Notes: generated by a model not told the origin, from the sequence alone. A stretch of DNA of 63,154 bases, filler included, from Phoronis australis (GCA_002633005.1; 9 parts of 9 records of this genome joined end to end with filler, not necessarily neighbours in it), one strand, 5' to 3'; positions 14,441 to 27,848 are shown, counted from the whole stretch's first letter. Numbers and translations are program-made.

Positions 14441-16308
14441 CTGAAAATATATTGACACATGAATTAGGAATGTTAATGATATTGATAGACAATTATTACT
14501 AGTTTGCACATCCCCTGATTTAGTTATTGACCCTGGATGTCATGGCATTTGTTATTTTTTTCTGAAAAACAGAAGACACAAGATACAATAACAGCAATAC
14601 ATTTTGATGGCGATTTTTATTATAGTTATTGCCACACGTCGTTCTTTAACACAATCCACAAAGTTGAAGAGAATTACGTACTACTAGATGACACCAAAAC
14701 AATTGTTTGGAGTTTTTTCAATCAAAAATATTTCGACTGTCTCAAGTGCGTCTTTTCCCTTTGCGAGGCCAGTGGCGGTTAAACCACAAGGCGTACTCTC
14801 TTTGCTAACCATACCATTTTATTTAAAATCCTTAGCTCAAGTGTTTAATCCAAATGGAACAGTTAGAAATACATAATATCAGATAAGGGAATACCAAACA
14901 TGTTACATATTGTTCTCTGCTTTATATAAAAGCGCAAGTCTAGTGGACACAATATTGTTTGCATCTAGGCCGAAATTAGAAAATCATCTAGCATTTCCTG
15001 TGACTGGAATACCGTATACATCCCGTGAGGAACAACAGCCATACTGTTTTTGAACATGCATTTATATCGCTTAAGTGTGTAACTGTTGTTTTATTGTTTC
15101 TTGATTCACATTTTGATTCCTGTTTGCTGTTCAAATTTGTTTATAAAGGAAACGCAGCCAGCAATAAATGCCCTCACTCCTCGTGAAAGACTGCATATTT
15201 TAGCTGATGAACTCACTCTATAAAATAATAAGTTAAAGGAGAAAACATTTTCCATTAATGTAATTGTGCTTTCTTCATCGGTCTGGCGTGTTCACGATAA
15301 GGAGGAAACTGATCCGAGATTTCAGAGGCAAAAGACATAGCGCATAATAAGTCCACCAACCAACGGGCCTTGGTGACAGTTAAAATGTAATTCGATAAAA
15401 CATCCAAGCACGTTAAATTTTTAAACACAACTCTTGAATTCAAAATAATGCATCAGTCACCTCAATTTTAGTAACATGCACGTGCCCATGATTTTATACC
15501 CCGGCCACCTAAGTGCCGTAGTCTCCAAAAAATTGCCCTTATAAGGGAACGTTACCTTTGATCTTTGAAACTTGACAAAACAATGCCGATTAAAGCGAAT
15601 CACTCCGACTTCTTTGAGTGCATTCGGCAATCCGCAGAAATTCTTGCAGGTTTAGAGTTCCATGCCCCTTTAAGGTCTAGCAGTACTCTAGAAAAGTGTC
15701 CATTTTATCTAACGTCGCCATATCTTAGTAAATATTGATGTGAGACCTTCACGCACCGTGCTTTACCATTGATCTCCAAGATTTGGTTAAGATTTGTCTT
15801 TAAAGCTTTACAATTTAGCATGAGGAAATATTAACTAAAAGACTTTTGATGTTTTGATGAAAAACTCAAAACGCTGTTTCCCATGGGCACGAAAGGGTAA
15901 CTTAGAAAACTGTAACATACACTGTAGCCCCAGAAACTCGTTATCTTGAACAAGAAGTAGCGTTGTTATTAGCGCAAAAGTGTCGTTACAAATGCGTATT
16001 TTTGATACTCTACCAAATAGTGGCAGCTTAGTATAATTTCAAAAATTAAGCTCTTTCTAGACTCAGGAGTTAAAATATCTATGTTAAAATTTGAACATAT
16101 TTTGCTGAATAAACAAACTTTGTGGAGAAATTATTGCATACAGTTAAAGTCCTTATCTCAAATTGCAAATGTGGTTTCAGTATCCGAAAATACTTACTAA
16201 GTAAAACTTTATTTTCGATGCCCTTTCTTTATATTCTTTTAGCCTTTCGTGCCAAATGCGATTTTAATAGTATTTGGCCCTTCTTTGTGAGCATACATGT
16301 ATATTTAC

Positions 16309-16318
16309 CGGCTGTCAT
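16309..16318 (-). CDS. Candidate first coding exon of the DED gene (ATG ACA GCC G|gtaaat; MTAE...)
   Basis: Phase-1 donor fits the next exon and would give a 115-aa protein; sits in a locally GC-rich stretch with a CCGGAAAT motif; only one of several possible starts. Confidence 0.35.
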
Positions 16319-19300
16319 CAGTTATTTCCGTACCCCCATTTCCGGCTCCTCAGTTCAGGAACTTGCCCTGAACGCCGCCATTATTTCCTTGTAACTAAAT
16401 GTGCTATCGCTTGCTCTAAAAGTCTTAATGATTTTGTTTTATTAGTAATATCTCTTGATTCGTAGTTTGTAGTTAGTGGTCGTTGATTTTTTTTGGAGTG
16501 TTACGCGTACTTAATATGTTAAAATAGCATTGGTGTTTAGTTCCTTACGTAGGGCGGTCAAGCCTAGGAACCAATATGAGTCGAACCAATTTTTTTCATT
16601 TTGCACTTTTTGATTTGTCGTTTTGAAAAAGTATTTTGCTATCATCGGAAAGGTAGTGCATTCTACTTAGTAAAAATCGAAAAAGTATCAAAATTGGGGC
16701 AAGCAGTGAAAAGTTATTGCATTTTATGTGGAGAAATTTGGGTCACTTTGTTTGGATCACGTCGACCCTATTGGAGGACAGCGGAATAAGTTACTAGTTT
16801 AAAACTTTCTGTATGGTGTTTTCGCCAACATTTTAGGGTTGAATTTAGTGAAACATATCTTTATTTACTACTCCGGACGATACAACAGTTTTCACCAAAT
16901 TTCAGTGTCGCAGTTATTACTTATTAAGTGATGAATGTGCTCACAATTCCCCTTCGACTCATTTGTGGCGGCAAAACAACCTGGCAACTTTTGGTGAACT
17001 GGAAATGCTTTTCAGCCTGTTTTTTCTGTAATTTGTGAAGATTTAACGTTGATACAAGAAGGAATTTTGTTCAATTTTCGTGTTTTGTGCCAAAAATATA
17101 AGATATATTCGAATTATTTTACTGTGAATTTCCCATTCCGGTGATCATACACTCAGCTTATAAATAGTTGAAATAATTTTGAAATGTTTTTTGTTTAACT
17201 GTCAACTGCTATTCAAGGCTTGCTAAGGTGTCGCAAAATGATTCATATTCTTCTAAATTTTGAGACTAAATTGCTTTCAAGTCATGTTTTGTAACTTATT
17301 GCTTCTTAATTCAGGTTATCAAGTCAATAATATGAAGAATGAGAAATAAGCTATGTTGTATTGTGAAGCTTCAAGCCTCCAACTCTTATTCCTTGCAACT
17401 TCATATTTTTTAATCATGCTTGTCAAATTCTGGTGTAAGGAAACACTATTCGGTCACCATGGTAATAGTTACCTGTATGTCCACTTTCATATCATGGAAA
17501 CTTTTGCTGTTGGATAGTGATGGTAATGCTTAAATGTTATAAAGTATTATGCACTTTGAGTTACTTATTATATTAAAAGTTTGAATCATTTTGGCTTAAT
17601 GAATAAAAAATTATAACATTTTATATTGGACTTGTCATACTTATGTGCTCGAACGAGTCCCATGTTTGGAGAAATGAAAAAAGGTCTGCCTCAGTCAGAG
17701 AAGCACGAACTCCGAAAAAAGTAGGAAACAAGAGAAATATCCACTAGAAGACAGCAAGTGCCAAAATTTAACGTCTGCAATTCATAGCTCTGAACATACC
17801 CAGTGAATGTTACTGTGAAAGGTTGATATTCCCAAAAATTTCAGCCCCCCATTTTTTAGGCTTGGTGCGCTCATGCAAAGTCTGGGAAAATCTCTGTTGA
17901 AAGCCAACAACTTTGCACAGTTCGCCAGTAGACCCCAAGTTCTAAATAAACCTCGTTTTAGCAAAAGCTGTGGCCAGCGACCAGGTAGGCTTAAGGGTAG
18001 CCTTGGCGCAAATCTGTATAGGCCTACTAACAAGCTGTATTTTGATGATAGTATTCATACTGGTAGCTGGCAGCGAGGCTAGCTAAGGGCTGACGTGGCA
18101 GTGTGACACAGGACTAACCCCCTTTGAATATATACGGCATTTATGATTTGAACATTTTACTTCGATAAAACAGCTTGCAAAATGCCTTTGTAGTACGCCA
18201 GTGTCTTGTCTCGATCACCACCAGGTCCGATTGGCTGCGGTCCCCAGTTCGGCAAAATAATTTGTCAAAATTTATTCGCCACATTTCCTCAGCAAATTCG
18301 ATAGAAATTGTCCGTCTTTTGATTTCATTAAAATGAAGTCGCGCTGTCGATTATTTTATCCCCGTTTGCAGGCTGGCAACATGCACTGCTCCAGGCGCAT
18401 TGACGCCGTTTTCTTAGCCTGGGTTCTTCCGGATTCGCGGTAAGTTCGACTTGGCGGTGTGTTCTTCGGGTGCAAATCGTTAAATGCGCGTTTGTTTAAG
18501 CTTTATTCAATTAGATTGCGTATTAGTTATAGGATTGATACTTCTTGGATCCTGATAAGATCCCCGAACCATGTAATAAGGCTTAACGACGTGTGCTTCT
18601 TGGACTTTAGTAGTACAATCCCGTTTCAGATTACTGCCATAATGTAGTTTTGCCTTACTAACGTCGTTAATTAAATTGATGTTCAGTCGAAACATAAATG
18701 CGTGTACCATTCTTTGTGCTCAAAACGTGGTTATGGACTATAATTAATATAAAACTTCTCTGGCCTGAAATGTGCATGCCTTACCGTGGTGCCTTTCGTT
18801 ATACAATTACGTCTACACCACACTTATTTCTGGTTATTGGAAAGTCATCACTGCACAAAGTTCGACTACTTTGTACTTGAAACCTTGTCCTTATTGGTGA
18901 AATTTATCATGATACTGACTTAAATATGGCTGCAGATTGCTGTTAGCATAGATAATTAAAAATACGTTGATAACCTCTATTGGATATTTCAGCCCTTCAG
19001 CAGTCAGCTTACCGTCTATTACATACCCATGAGGGCTGGCAATCCAGACTTGGGTGGATTGTTAGGGCTTGCTTTTAAGAGTTCACATGAGATTTGGCGA
19101 TAATAAGCAGTATGGACCAAAGCACATGTTTTCACGTGTTTCGCATATAGTGTATAGAATTGCCTCACCATCTTACAGTTTCACGATGTCTTCGTCTTTG
19201 TAGCGCAGGCAGGTGGACCATGAGGGCATTCAAGAAACAAAGTCTCAAGTGAAACAAGCAAGCTACATGTACATCAAGACCTTGCAAAAACCACGAAATA

Positions 19301-19442
19301 CAAAGGTGCAAGTGTTTTGTGAGTATGCCCGCGAGTGTACCAGCATGTAAAGGTAAAATTCACTATTTTCACATTTAGGTGGCGCTGCAAACATGATTGT
19401 TGCTTACTAAACGAGGCCTCTTATAACAACGCAAACGTAAAA

Positions 19443-19542
19443 NNNNNNNNNNNNNNNNNNNNNNNNNNNNNNNNNNNNNNNNNNNNTTAATTAATTAANN
19501 NNNNNNNNNNNNNNNNNNNNNNNNNNNNNNNNNNNNNNNNNN
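19443..19542. other. Assembly linker N-TTAATTAATTAA-N (also near 25.6, 40.4, 41.8, 43.9, 46.4, 56.5 and 61.0 kb)
   Basis: Identical cassette between N runs with stops in all six frames; not biological. Confidence 0.97.
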
Positions 19543-20073
19543 TAAAAAAAGAAAACATATTACATTTCATAAGAATCAATGCCTTACCTTTCAAAATACA
19601 AGCTGTCAAACAGGAGCGAAAAATTCCCCCAACTTCTCACCAGTCACATGCTTTAACAAGAATGAAAACACAACAAAGAAAATGACGTATGCCTAGAAGA
19701 ATTTACTGTCTACGTCATCAATAATGTGGTTCCCTGTTTTCTTGGTTTCTGGAGGAGAGAGAGTGGAAATACTATAGCCACCGTGAAACAATGGCTGTCT
19801 AATCGATAATCGCCATTACGCAACATCTGGGAAAAGCCAATCAGCGTTGAGATAAGACTTTGTCACGTCCCTATCACCAGAGTCTACATGCTGGGCTGTA
19901 GAGCGGGAATCGATAACCAGACGTACTGAGCTTGGACCACAGATAACCAGAATGTAACGTAAGTCACTTTTAGATATTACTAGTACTACAGACGTACACT
20001 CCGTACAGTCAGTATGCAGACTGTCTGTACAGACTACAATACTGCTACACATAGTGTACCTAATTATCGGACG

Positions 20074-20672
20074 GAACCTAAATATCGGACATTTCATAGA
20101 ATCTTACTTGAAGCATAATCTGAGTATTAAATGACACAAATTTTTGTTCCGTTGTAATGCATTCAATGTCCGGCACCGTCTCGTTTTTTTACAGCGTTGC
20201 CTCGTTTTGATTTCACCGAGAGAGGGTGCAATTTAGAACCACAAGTCGGCCTAAAATGGACGATCGCATAAATCGGTTATAAAAGTTGAAAATAAAATCT
20301 TTTTCCACAATGAAACCATCTCATTGAACTGACAATATGTCACTGTTCGCTTTTTTCGTTTGATTTTAAACTCAAGTCAAACCCCGACCGCGCACGTGCG
20401 GGTGTCATATCAAGAAGCCTAAGTGATACTAAAAACTGCAGTGAGTTTGCACGTGCTTTAGTCGTCTGCACTAATTCATCGAAACGACTTGGCGCCGTCA
20501 TCAGATTTCATTTCATGGATAATTTTGTTGCGAATGGACCTGGGTTCTAGCAGCATATATGTCAAAACACTCGAGCTGAAATTTGGCGACAAGGTGCCCG
20601 CGGCCATTACGTGGTTAGTCAGTTTTCCGCGGTGTGGCGTATGGAGAAACATGGTGTCCGATATTTAGGTTC
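20074..20672. mobile_element. Non-autonomous DNA transposon-like remnant with an 18-bp perfect inverted repeat
   Basis: GAACCTAAATATCGGACA (20074-20091) / TGTCCGATATTTAGGTTC (20655-20672). Confidence 0.5.
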
Positions 20673-23601
20673 TCCGAAGGTTTGGTTGTTGTGTTTTTTG
20701 AAGATCAGTCGGAACATAAANAAAACGTCTTTTCACAATATGTAAAAACCAAATCCCGGCTTTATTTTATACCTCGGAAAGAAAGTTAACACTAGTGACG
20801 TGCGTGTCGTTTTGCGACTGACCTATTTTTCCCGTACTTGGAGAGTTTTGAAGAGCAAACTCGCGATTACCCGAGTTAGTTTGAATCGTTAACGACTTTG
20901 ATGACGGCCAGTAGCAGACCAGATCTAACAAAATCCCACATACTTTTTCAACGGGCATTTTCTCCCTTTTCACATCGCAAATTTAGCTACTCCAATGCAC
21001 AAGTCAGTTAGAGAGCACTGATTCAACTTTCACGCCGGCAACTTGCCTTGCGCTCTAGAGTCCTTCAATGGCGGTCGCGAAGAACAGTAAGGCCGTACCT
21101 GCATGAATGAAGTCAATTTTGAGATCCGAAATTTGTGAGTATTTAACGCTGCAGATAAGAGCATAATCTAAACATTTTCTAGATGATCTAAAAAATCTAT
21201 TTTGGCGCGTAAAAATGACGGAAAATTTTGCGACCTGGCATCTACGGATGCGAGCTGGATTTTGAAAATGCGACCTGGGATTTGGGCTAGGTCGCAAAAT
21301 GCGACCTGGCGATTTGAATAGCGTCGAGCCCTGTTGTTGTTAGAGAAAAGTAAAAAGAGATGATATATGACCTGTAAGATAGTTTGTGGTTCCCTAAATT
21401 TATAAGTCAAGGGAATTTGATTTAGTAGTAACATACTGAACTGGCATTTTCCTCCCATTCTTCTAATTTATGTCTGATTTCATTATCTGAAAAGTGCTCT
21501 GGTGGCCCTTAAGCTATGTTTAAGAGCTGAGTATTGGCTAGAAAATGACTTAGCCCCTCGGCTGTCTGGGCACGTGCTACAACACTCCTCATCGATGTCT
21601 GTGTTCATTTGGTCCCCTGTACTAACTTAAACGAGTGGTAGACCAGATCTGGTCGCCGAATTAGAGATTTTCGCTTCGTCAAAAATACATTTACACTTAC
21701 AATTGTCACTTGAAAATGCACTTGTTTTCTTCAGCAATCCATGGTCCTCAATCCTTTGATTTTGGGGCCTCAGTATAGGCCCCATTCTCCTCTGAAAAAT
21801 ATTTTAAAAATCACATGAAATTACCCTCATGAGGTACAAAAATTCCCCTCGAGATTTGAATCACGCAGGCGACAATTTCGAAGAGCACAAAATGGTAATT
21901 TTGGCTATTTGAGGTGGGCTTGCAACAAGAATGCAGGTGCTATTAAGGGTGATCAGAGGGTTAGAATTTTCCCATCAACTGACCTCAAAAAGTTTTCTTC
22001 TCAGAAGGCACAGGCACCTTTCCCCTCAGGTGAACGAAGGCTCTGTGATCCTTTCTGGTTCTATACATCTTTGATGCAGCATGTCCACAGGAATTAAGAT
22101 GACTTTGGCAAAGAATTCGAACTATACTTTTTTGGTCGCCATTAACTTTTACACCACGTGCGATATCCCCAAAGTATTTCAACTGACGTCACTTGAGTTA
22201 GGCAAGGACAAGCGTGAGACTGAGCGGAGCGTGTGATTTGGCGAGTGACACTTACAAAAAAGTAGCATGGGAAAGATATCAATGGAATTTGTAAGAATTG
22301 TGCCCCTTGTACCTTTTGTTCATCAACAGGTGTGATTTCGCATAACTTTCTCAAAATGGTACCCGGTGAGGGAAGCTTGAGTGAATGGCGACAGATTTTT
22401 ATGAATATGTTCAAATTTTGTTGGCTGAATTGTCTCCAGAATCATGTTATGTGTTAATTATAACTCATTATGTATCATGTTTCCTTTGGCGTTATTCACT
22501 GTACAGGACTCAACATTAACTTTCAACATTAACCAAAAGGGCAAGTAGCTGAAATTTTTACTTGCCCGAACAACAAACCCACTTGCCCCAAGTACAATCT
22601 CAAATAGCACCGTGCATGTGCACATACACCAAGGTAATGTGTTACAGTAGGATTGTCTGTGCTCAGCCTCCTCTAGTGTTGTGTATGCTATACACTTGAG
22701 TTGTTATATATTTTTAACGATTCTTCTTCTAGAAACCTTTATTTATAAGGTGTGTCGCAGTTAGCGCATATAAATGTACAATAAGAAAATGTGTTTAATT
22801 GCCTTAAGTAAAAACAAATGATTAATATTCCAAGGTCATATAGCAACCTAATAAGGTGGTGGGGATATCAGCCAACATTCCATTATGACCTAAAAAGTTT
22901 GGGCAGGGTTCCCCCTATGTCCGAGTTAATGCGTGTCTACACCGGGTACATGGGCATTTAAATGATGTTGACCTTTAAAAAATTGGGCAGGGATTTTCCC
23001 AACCCCCTGGCCTCATCCCCGGTTACGACGGGGGATACGCTGGCCAACGTGGGCATTTTGGTGAGCAAGACATTTAGGTCCAAAAACGTTAACACATAAC
23101 TTATGACCTGCCTTGCAAAATGAAGCTGAATCATGCAGAGTAGTGAATATAAAACTCATTAAGTAACAAATTGACATTTACTTCCCTTGCAAATGTGTCC
23201 CGAGTCTCTCAATAACTTTTTCAGAGACCTCAATCCCTTGATTTTGGGGCCAAATAGTGACTCCATTCCCCTCGGAAAGATATTGAAAGATCACGCGAAT
23301 TTCCCCTCATGAGTGGAACATTCGCTTGTTATTTTTATGACTCCGAATCGAAGTACAAATGTTGTTTGGGGCGCGGCTTGATTCGAGCTGACTGTGAGTC
23401 GACACGCAAATAGAATTCCTTAAATTTATGTTCATTGTCCAGTTGTGAAAGGATTCGCCAAGCTGGCCATACCATCACCAGTGCTGCTCAGAATTTACCA
23501 ATGGCCAGCGGCTACCGCGAGCCTAGCTTCACTATCTTGACATTTTGTCACACTATTTAAAATGCGGATTTGACTGTCACAAGTCCATGTTGTATTTTCA
23601 G

Positions 23602-23761
23602 TAACATGGACACCGCCAAGAGGGTATTGAGAGAGGTGAATCAACCAGCCAGGACCTGTGAACCAACACAACAAACAACACAGAGAACGAAACCAAAGGA
23701 TACTGCAAAGCCCTCTGACACAGCAAAAAAACCTAAATCGTGGTATTCTTTTTTTTGTTAA
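23602..23761 (+). CDS. Possible orphan terminal exon or short ORF (MDTAKRVLREVNQPARTCEPTQQ...KPKSWYSFFC*)
   Basis: ttttcag acceptor-like site, open frame, AATAAA near 23958; no family recognised. Confidence 0.2.
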
Positions 23762-24410
23762 CTTCAATTATTGAGAGTAGTAGAGTACCAAATTATCGTG
23801 CACTAAAGTAATGTAGTTGGACCACTTAAGTGATTCCACAGGAACCACTAAATCATACATACAGACAAAAATTTGAATCACCACAAAGTCATACACTAAT
23901 ACTCACACTGACAATTAATGGTTGCTGAAGACAAGTAGTCATTCTGAATGGGTTTACAATAAAATGTCATCAATTTCAGACAAAAATAATTGCCAGAATA
24001 GATCTTTACTCATTTTTCAAACGCTTCTAGCATTGTTATGAATGCACATAATTTATAATAGCATTCCAGATGGCAGATATGGGATTGAACACAAAAATTA
24101 TAGTGTTGATTTTGTGCTTTGGTTAGTGAGATTCTACGCTTGCAGTTTGTCAGCATGATTTGTGTATGTGTGCATAATGGTTGGGGTTCATGTGAATGCA
24201 GATGTTTCATTGGTTTGTGTTCATGATTTGAAGCTCACGTGTATGATTATCTTGTGCTCTGGGAGATGCGGACATTTTTGTAACCAGATCTAACAAAATT
24301 TAGCGTTGACCACTGCAAGATCTTGTACCTGTAGTATTATAGCTATCTAGAGCTTGGAGATAAATATATTGAGTTCCGGTTCAACCTCCATCTACGTTGT
24401 TGTTTCCACG

Positions 24411-25621
24411 TGGTGGCAGCGGCGGTTTGTGTCATTTTTGTGATTCTGACAAAACAACCGGACTTTATAAACTGATACCTTCAAGAAGGTTGTGTCAAGG
24501 ACCTGTTGTGCTGTTTTTGAAGGAATTTCTTTGTGTAATAACAGAAAATAGCCTGGAACTGCCCGTAAAAACGGTTGACAAAAAATCCAGAATTTTCCAT
24601 GATGTCATAAACTTGTCAGCTTTGTGTACGTTTTGAGCTGACTGTTCACGTGAGAGGAGCATGCGCACAATGTATGAAGCTCTATATGATAACTTTTTAC
24701 ACGCGACTATATTATAAGCAGCGATACACAGAAGTTAGTGAATTTATTAACAGAATGAATTTACCAGTATGTGCACGAATGACACGCAACATTAGTGAAC
24801 TCGTTAACAAAGTGACATATAATCTGACAACATTACAAAAATGGCTACATATCAGATACCAGTGCCAAAACTGCATGGATAGACCGCATGACCATCACAG
24901 AACTAGATACAAAAATGGTTAAGGCGGATGGTACCCCAGACCCGAAAGGGGGCTCTATTGTTGCTGCAACACTCTGCTCTGTCATTGGGCAGGAGTGTAA
25001 GCGAGTACTGTGTAACTTACCTAATGTTAGTTCAGAAGACAGACACAATCCTCAGAAGATCATTGATGCCTTAAAGGCACACTTTGTCATTCAGAAAAAT
25101 GTTCTTCACGAGAGATTTGTATTCAACCAAGCAGTCCAAAAAGCTGGAGAAACCATCAATGTGTTTGTCCTAAGATTACGCAAGTTGGCCAACTCCTGCA
25201 AATTTGGGAAACTGAAAAACTCACTGATTAGAGACCGAGTAGTCGTTGGGCAGACTGATGATGCAGGACATGAGAGACTCCTAAGAGAATGCCCTATATC
25301 AAGCCTCGCAAAAGCCATTGAGAATCTACAGGCAACAGAAGGTTCACGCACTCAGAAGCAAGTGATGTCTGGCAAAGCTGAAACCGCGGTTGAGTTTGTT
25401 AAACGGCACAACAAACCCAAGTTTCACCAGAAGAAGTCTGAAGTTTCGAACAAAAAATTGATTCCACAGAAAAATCAGTCTACACAACAAAAAGTTTCTC
25501 AGGCGACACACAAAAAATAATGCTATAGAAGCCTTGAAGTCGATGTTTAGCTCTCATGGGATTCCCAACATAGTATTGTCTGATAATGATCCTCAGTATG
25601 CCTGCCAAAGTTTTGAGATTT
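24411..25621 (+). mobile_element. Internally deleted Ty3/Gypsy LTR retrotransposon: PBS, gag and integrase fragment, truncated by a gap
   Basis: PBS TGGTGGCAGCGG (24411-24422, complementary to a tRNA-Leu 3' end); gag-like ORF 24888-25520; integrase-core peptide LKSMFSSHGIPNIVLSDNDPQY at ~25533-25621. Confidence 0.85.
24888..25520 (+). pseudogene. Gypsy gag-like ORF (retrotransposon)
   Basis: Motifs typical of metazoan Gypsy gag (LKAHF, ERFVFN..Q..GE, LRKLA..C.F, IRDR.V.G). Confidence 0.8.
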
Positions 25622-26970
25622 NNNNNNNNNNNNNNNNNNNNNNNNNNNNNNNNNNNNNNNNNNNNTTAATTAATTAANNNNNNNNNNNNNNNNNNNNNNN
25701 NNNNNNNNNNNNNNNNNNNNNTCCCCGTGAAATGAATTTTTCTAAGCGTTTGTTTGAGCCAATACAGTATACAGCTTTCCACCAAGGCTAGGTGATGCAA
25801 GACATTATTCTTTGTGGCATTATAGTAACTGGTCTTGGCTAATTATCATTTTATGGCCTGGTCATCCATTCAGCCAAAAGTAGTTCCAGAGGTGGCTTAT
25901 CAGCCAATTATTCGCGCATGCTGACTCACAATAGAAGCCTGATAAGAGTGAAGGTGGATAAATACGGTGTTCCTACAGTTTCTTGTTTTAGTGGATGTGT
26001 TCACGACATGATAGTACATGGGTGGCACCCAGCACTGAAAAAAGTGGGGGAGCTATAGCCTCCCCCAGCCCCCTATCACTGTCACTGTCAGGCAATGATG
26101 TGTTGCCCATTCAGGGGCAGATCTAGGATTTTTAGATAGGAGGGGGGCAGGGCAGAGTATTGTGCAGGATTTTACCCTTAAGATATTTGTACCCTTAAAC
26201 TGCCAAATGAAATATGGGAGTTTTAGGGGGGCCACAGGCCAGGCCCCCTTGCCCCCCCCAAATCCACCAATGTGATCTTGTGATTTGATGTGAAATTTCC
26301 TCCTAGCTCAGACGTATTTATTTCTGAGCTGATGTGGTGTCTTTGCTCTTTACCTTTTAAGCTGTGTATTCCATTGTTTTCATCAAACATGATGAGCCTG
26401 TTCTATATGCTATAACAGCACACTCAAACAGCAATATCTCTGTAGAAATCGATCCAAATTTTATATAATACACACCACTATGTTTGTCTCAATGAGACGA
26501 ATCTTTTTATATGCAGCACATGTATATTCTTTTATTTTTTACGAAATTATGTAAAAAGGCAGACATTTTACGCATAATCGTCGCGTTTCAACGGCCATTT
26601 TCTCGTCAACCGCTCATCCAATTTTTCTGATTTTTTCACCATTTCATTTCATTTCTCACACCAAGGGCTTTTCAAAAATGTATGACACATGGGTATTGTA
26701 AAAAAAATTAAAAAACGTTGTCCTCCCTACAATCAACTAGCAAAGTAGGAACTCAACAAACCTCCCAAATAATAAATAAACTTTTAACCAAATTTCATCA
26801 CAGACCAAATCAGTTTTCAAGGAAGAACAAAATTGATTCATTAATCGGGAGATTTATGCATCCTCAAGGCGGCTAAATTCTCCTGATATTGTAAAATTCT
26901 TCCGATTAAGAACCTGCTGGTCTGTGAGCAAAGCCAGGCATACATCATACAACTAGCCAGGGCAAAGCCA

Positions 26971-26980
26971 AAAAGGATAC
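26971..26980 (-). promoter_or_regulatory. U12-type (minor spliceosome) 5' splice site GTATCCTTTT
   Basis: Exact match to the RTATCCTTT consensus at the point where COA3 similarity ends; repeated at 27658-27667. Confidence 0.85.
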
Positions 26981-27161
26981 AGATTCCTAAAACACCCGCA
27001 CCAATGAGGCAGCCAGTGATGACATTTCTCCTTCTCATTGCTTTAATTCCCTGCGCTCTTTCTGCATTCATGGTTTCTAACTTTTTAACAAAGTGTTTGT
27101 CGGCTTTATTTAACTTCGAAAACTCCTTTGGCATATCAACCTTTTCCATGCGATCAGACAT
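26981..27161 (-). CDS. COA3: Cytochrome c oxidase assembly factor 3 (CCDC56), exon 1, copy A
   Basis: 60 codons ending RRRNVITGCLIGAGVLGI, matching the COA3 motif R.RN..TGL.IG..VL.IY; followed by U12 donor GTATCCTTTT splitting the expected Tyr codon; exon 2 not located. Confidence 0.85.
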
Positions 27162-27667
27162 GATTGTTTTTATCTAACGCCTCCTAGCGGTGACCATAAC
27201 GTATAGAATTACAAAATATGACGAAATCGAAGTATTTTTAAAAAGTTTTTATTCGTATATTCATATTAGCTGAGTAAGCACCAAAATGAAATAGTGACTA
27301 TTGTTTAACCAAAATAAATGTCAAAATTCAAAACGAACTTTTGTGATTAATCTCATCCAATAGCAATTGTCGTTTACAACTTCTGCTGAATTCTCTTTTA
27401 CTTCCGTTGTTTTCGAGGAAAGCTGTGCTTTACATAAAATNAACAAACCTCCCAAATAATAAATAAACTTTTAACCAAATTTCATCACAGACCAAATCAG
27501 TTTTCAAGGAAGAACAAAATTGATTCATTAATCGGGAGATTTATGCATCCTCAAGGCGGCTAAATTCTCCTGATATTGTAAAATTCTTCCGATTAAGAAC
27601 CTGCTGGTCTGTGAGCAAAGCCAGGCATACATCATACAACTAGCCAGGGCAAAGCCAAAAAGGATAC

Positions 27668-27848
27668 AGATTCCTAAAACACCCGCACCAATGAGGCAGC
27701 CAGTGATGACATTTCTCCTTCTCATTGCTTTAATTCCCTGCGCTCTTTCTGCATTCATGGTTTCTAACTTTTTAACAAAGTGTTTGTCGGCTTTATTTAA
27801 CTTCGAAAACTCCTTTGGCATATCAACCTTTTCCATGCGATCAGACAT
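27668..27848 (-). CDS. COA3: COA3 exon 1, copy B (likely allelic or assembly duplicate)
   Basis: Identical coding sequence; 26755-27440 repeats at 27442-28127 across a single N. Confidence 0.8.

Noticed and set aside
19588-19650. Minus-strand exon with AAG|gtaagg donor and NF-kB-like GGGGAATTTT as the DED coding start
   Set aside because: No in-frame ATG and separated by an assembly gap; could at most be a UTR exon
23415-23432. U12 branch-like TTCCTTAAAT before an AG, as the COA3 exon 2 acceptor
   Set aside because: Wrong strand, and the downstream sequence does not resemble COA3
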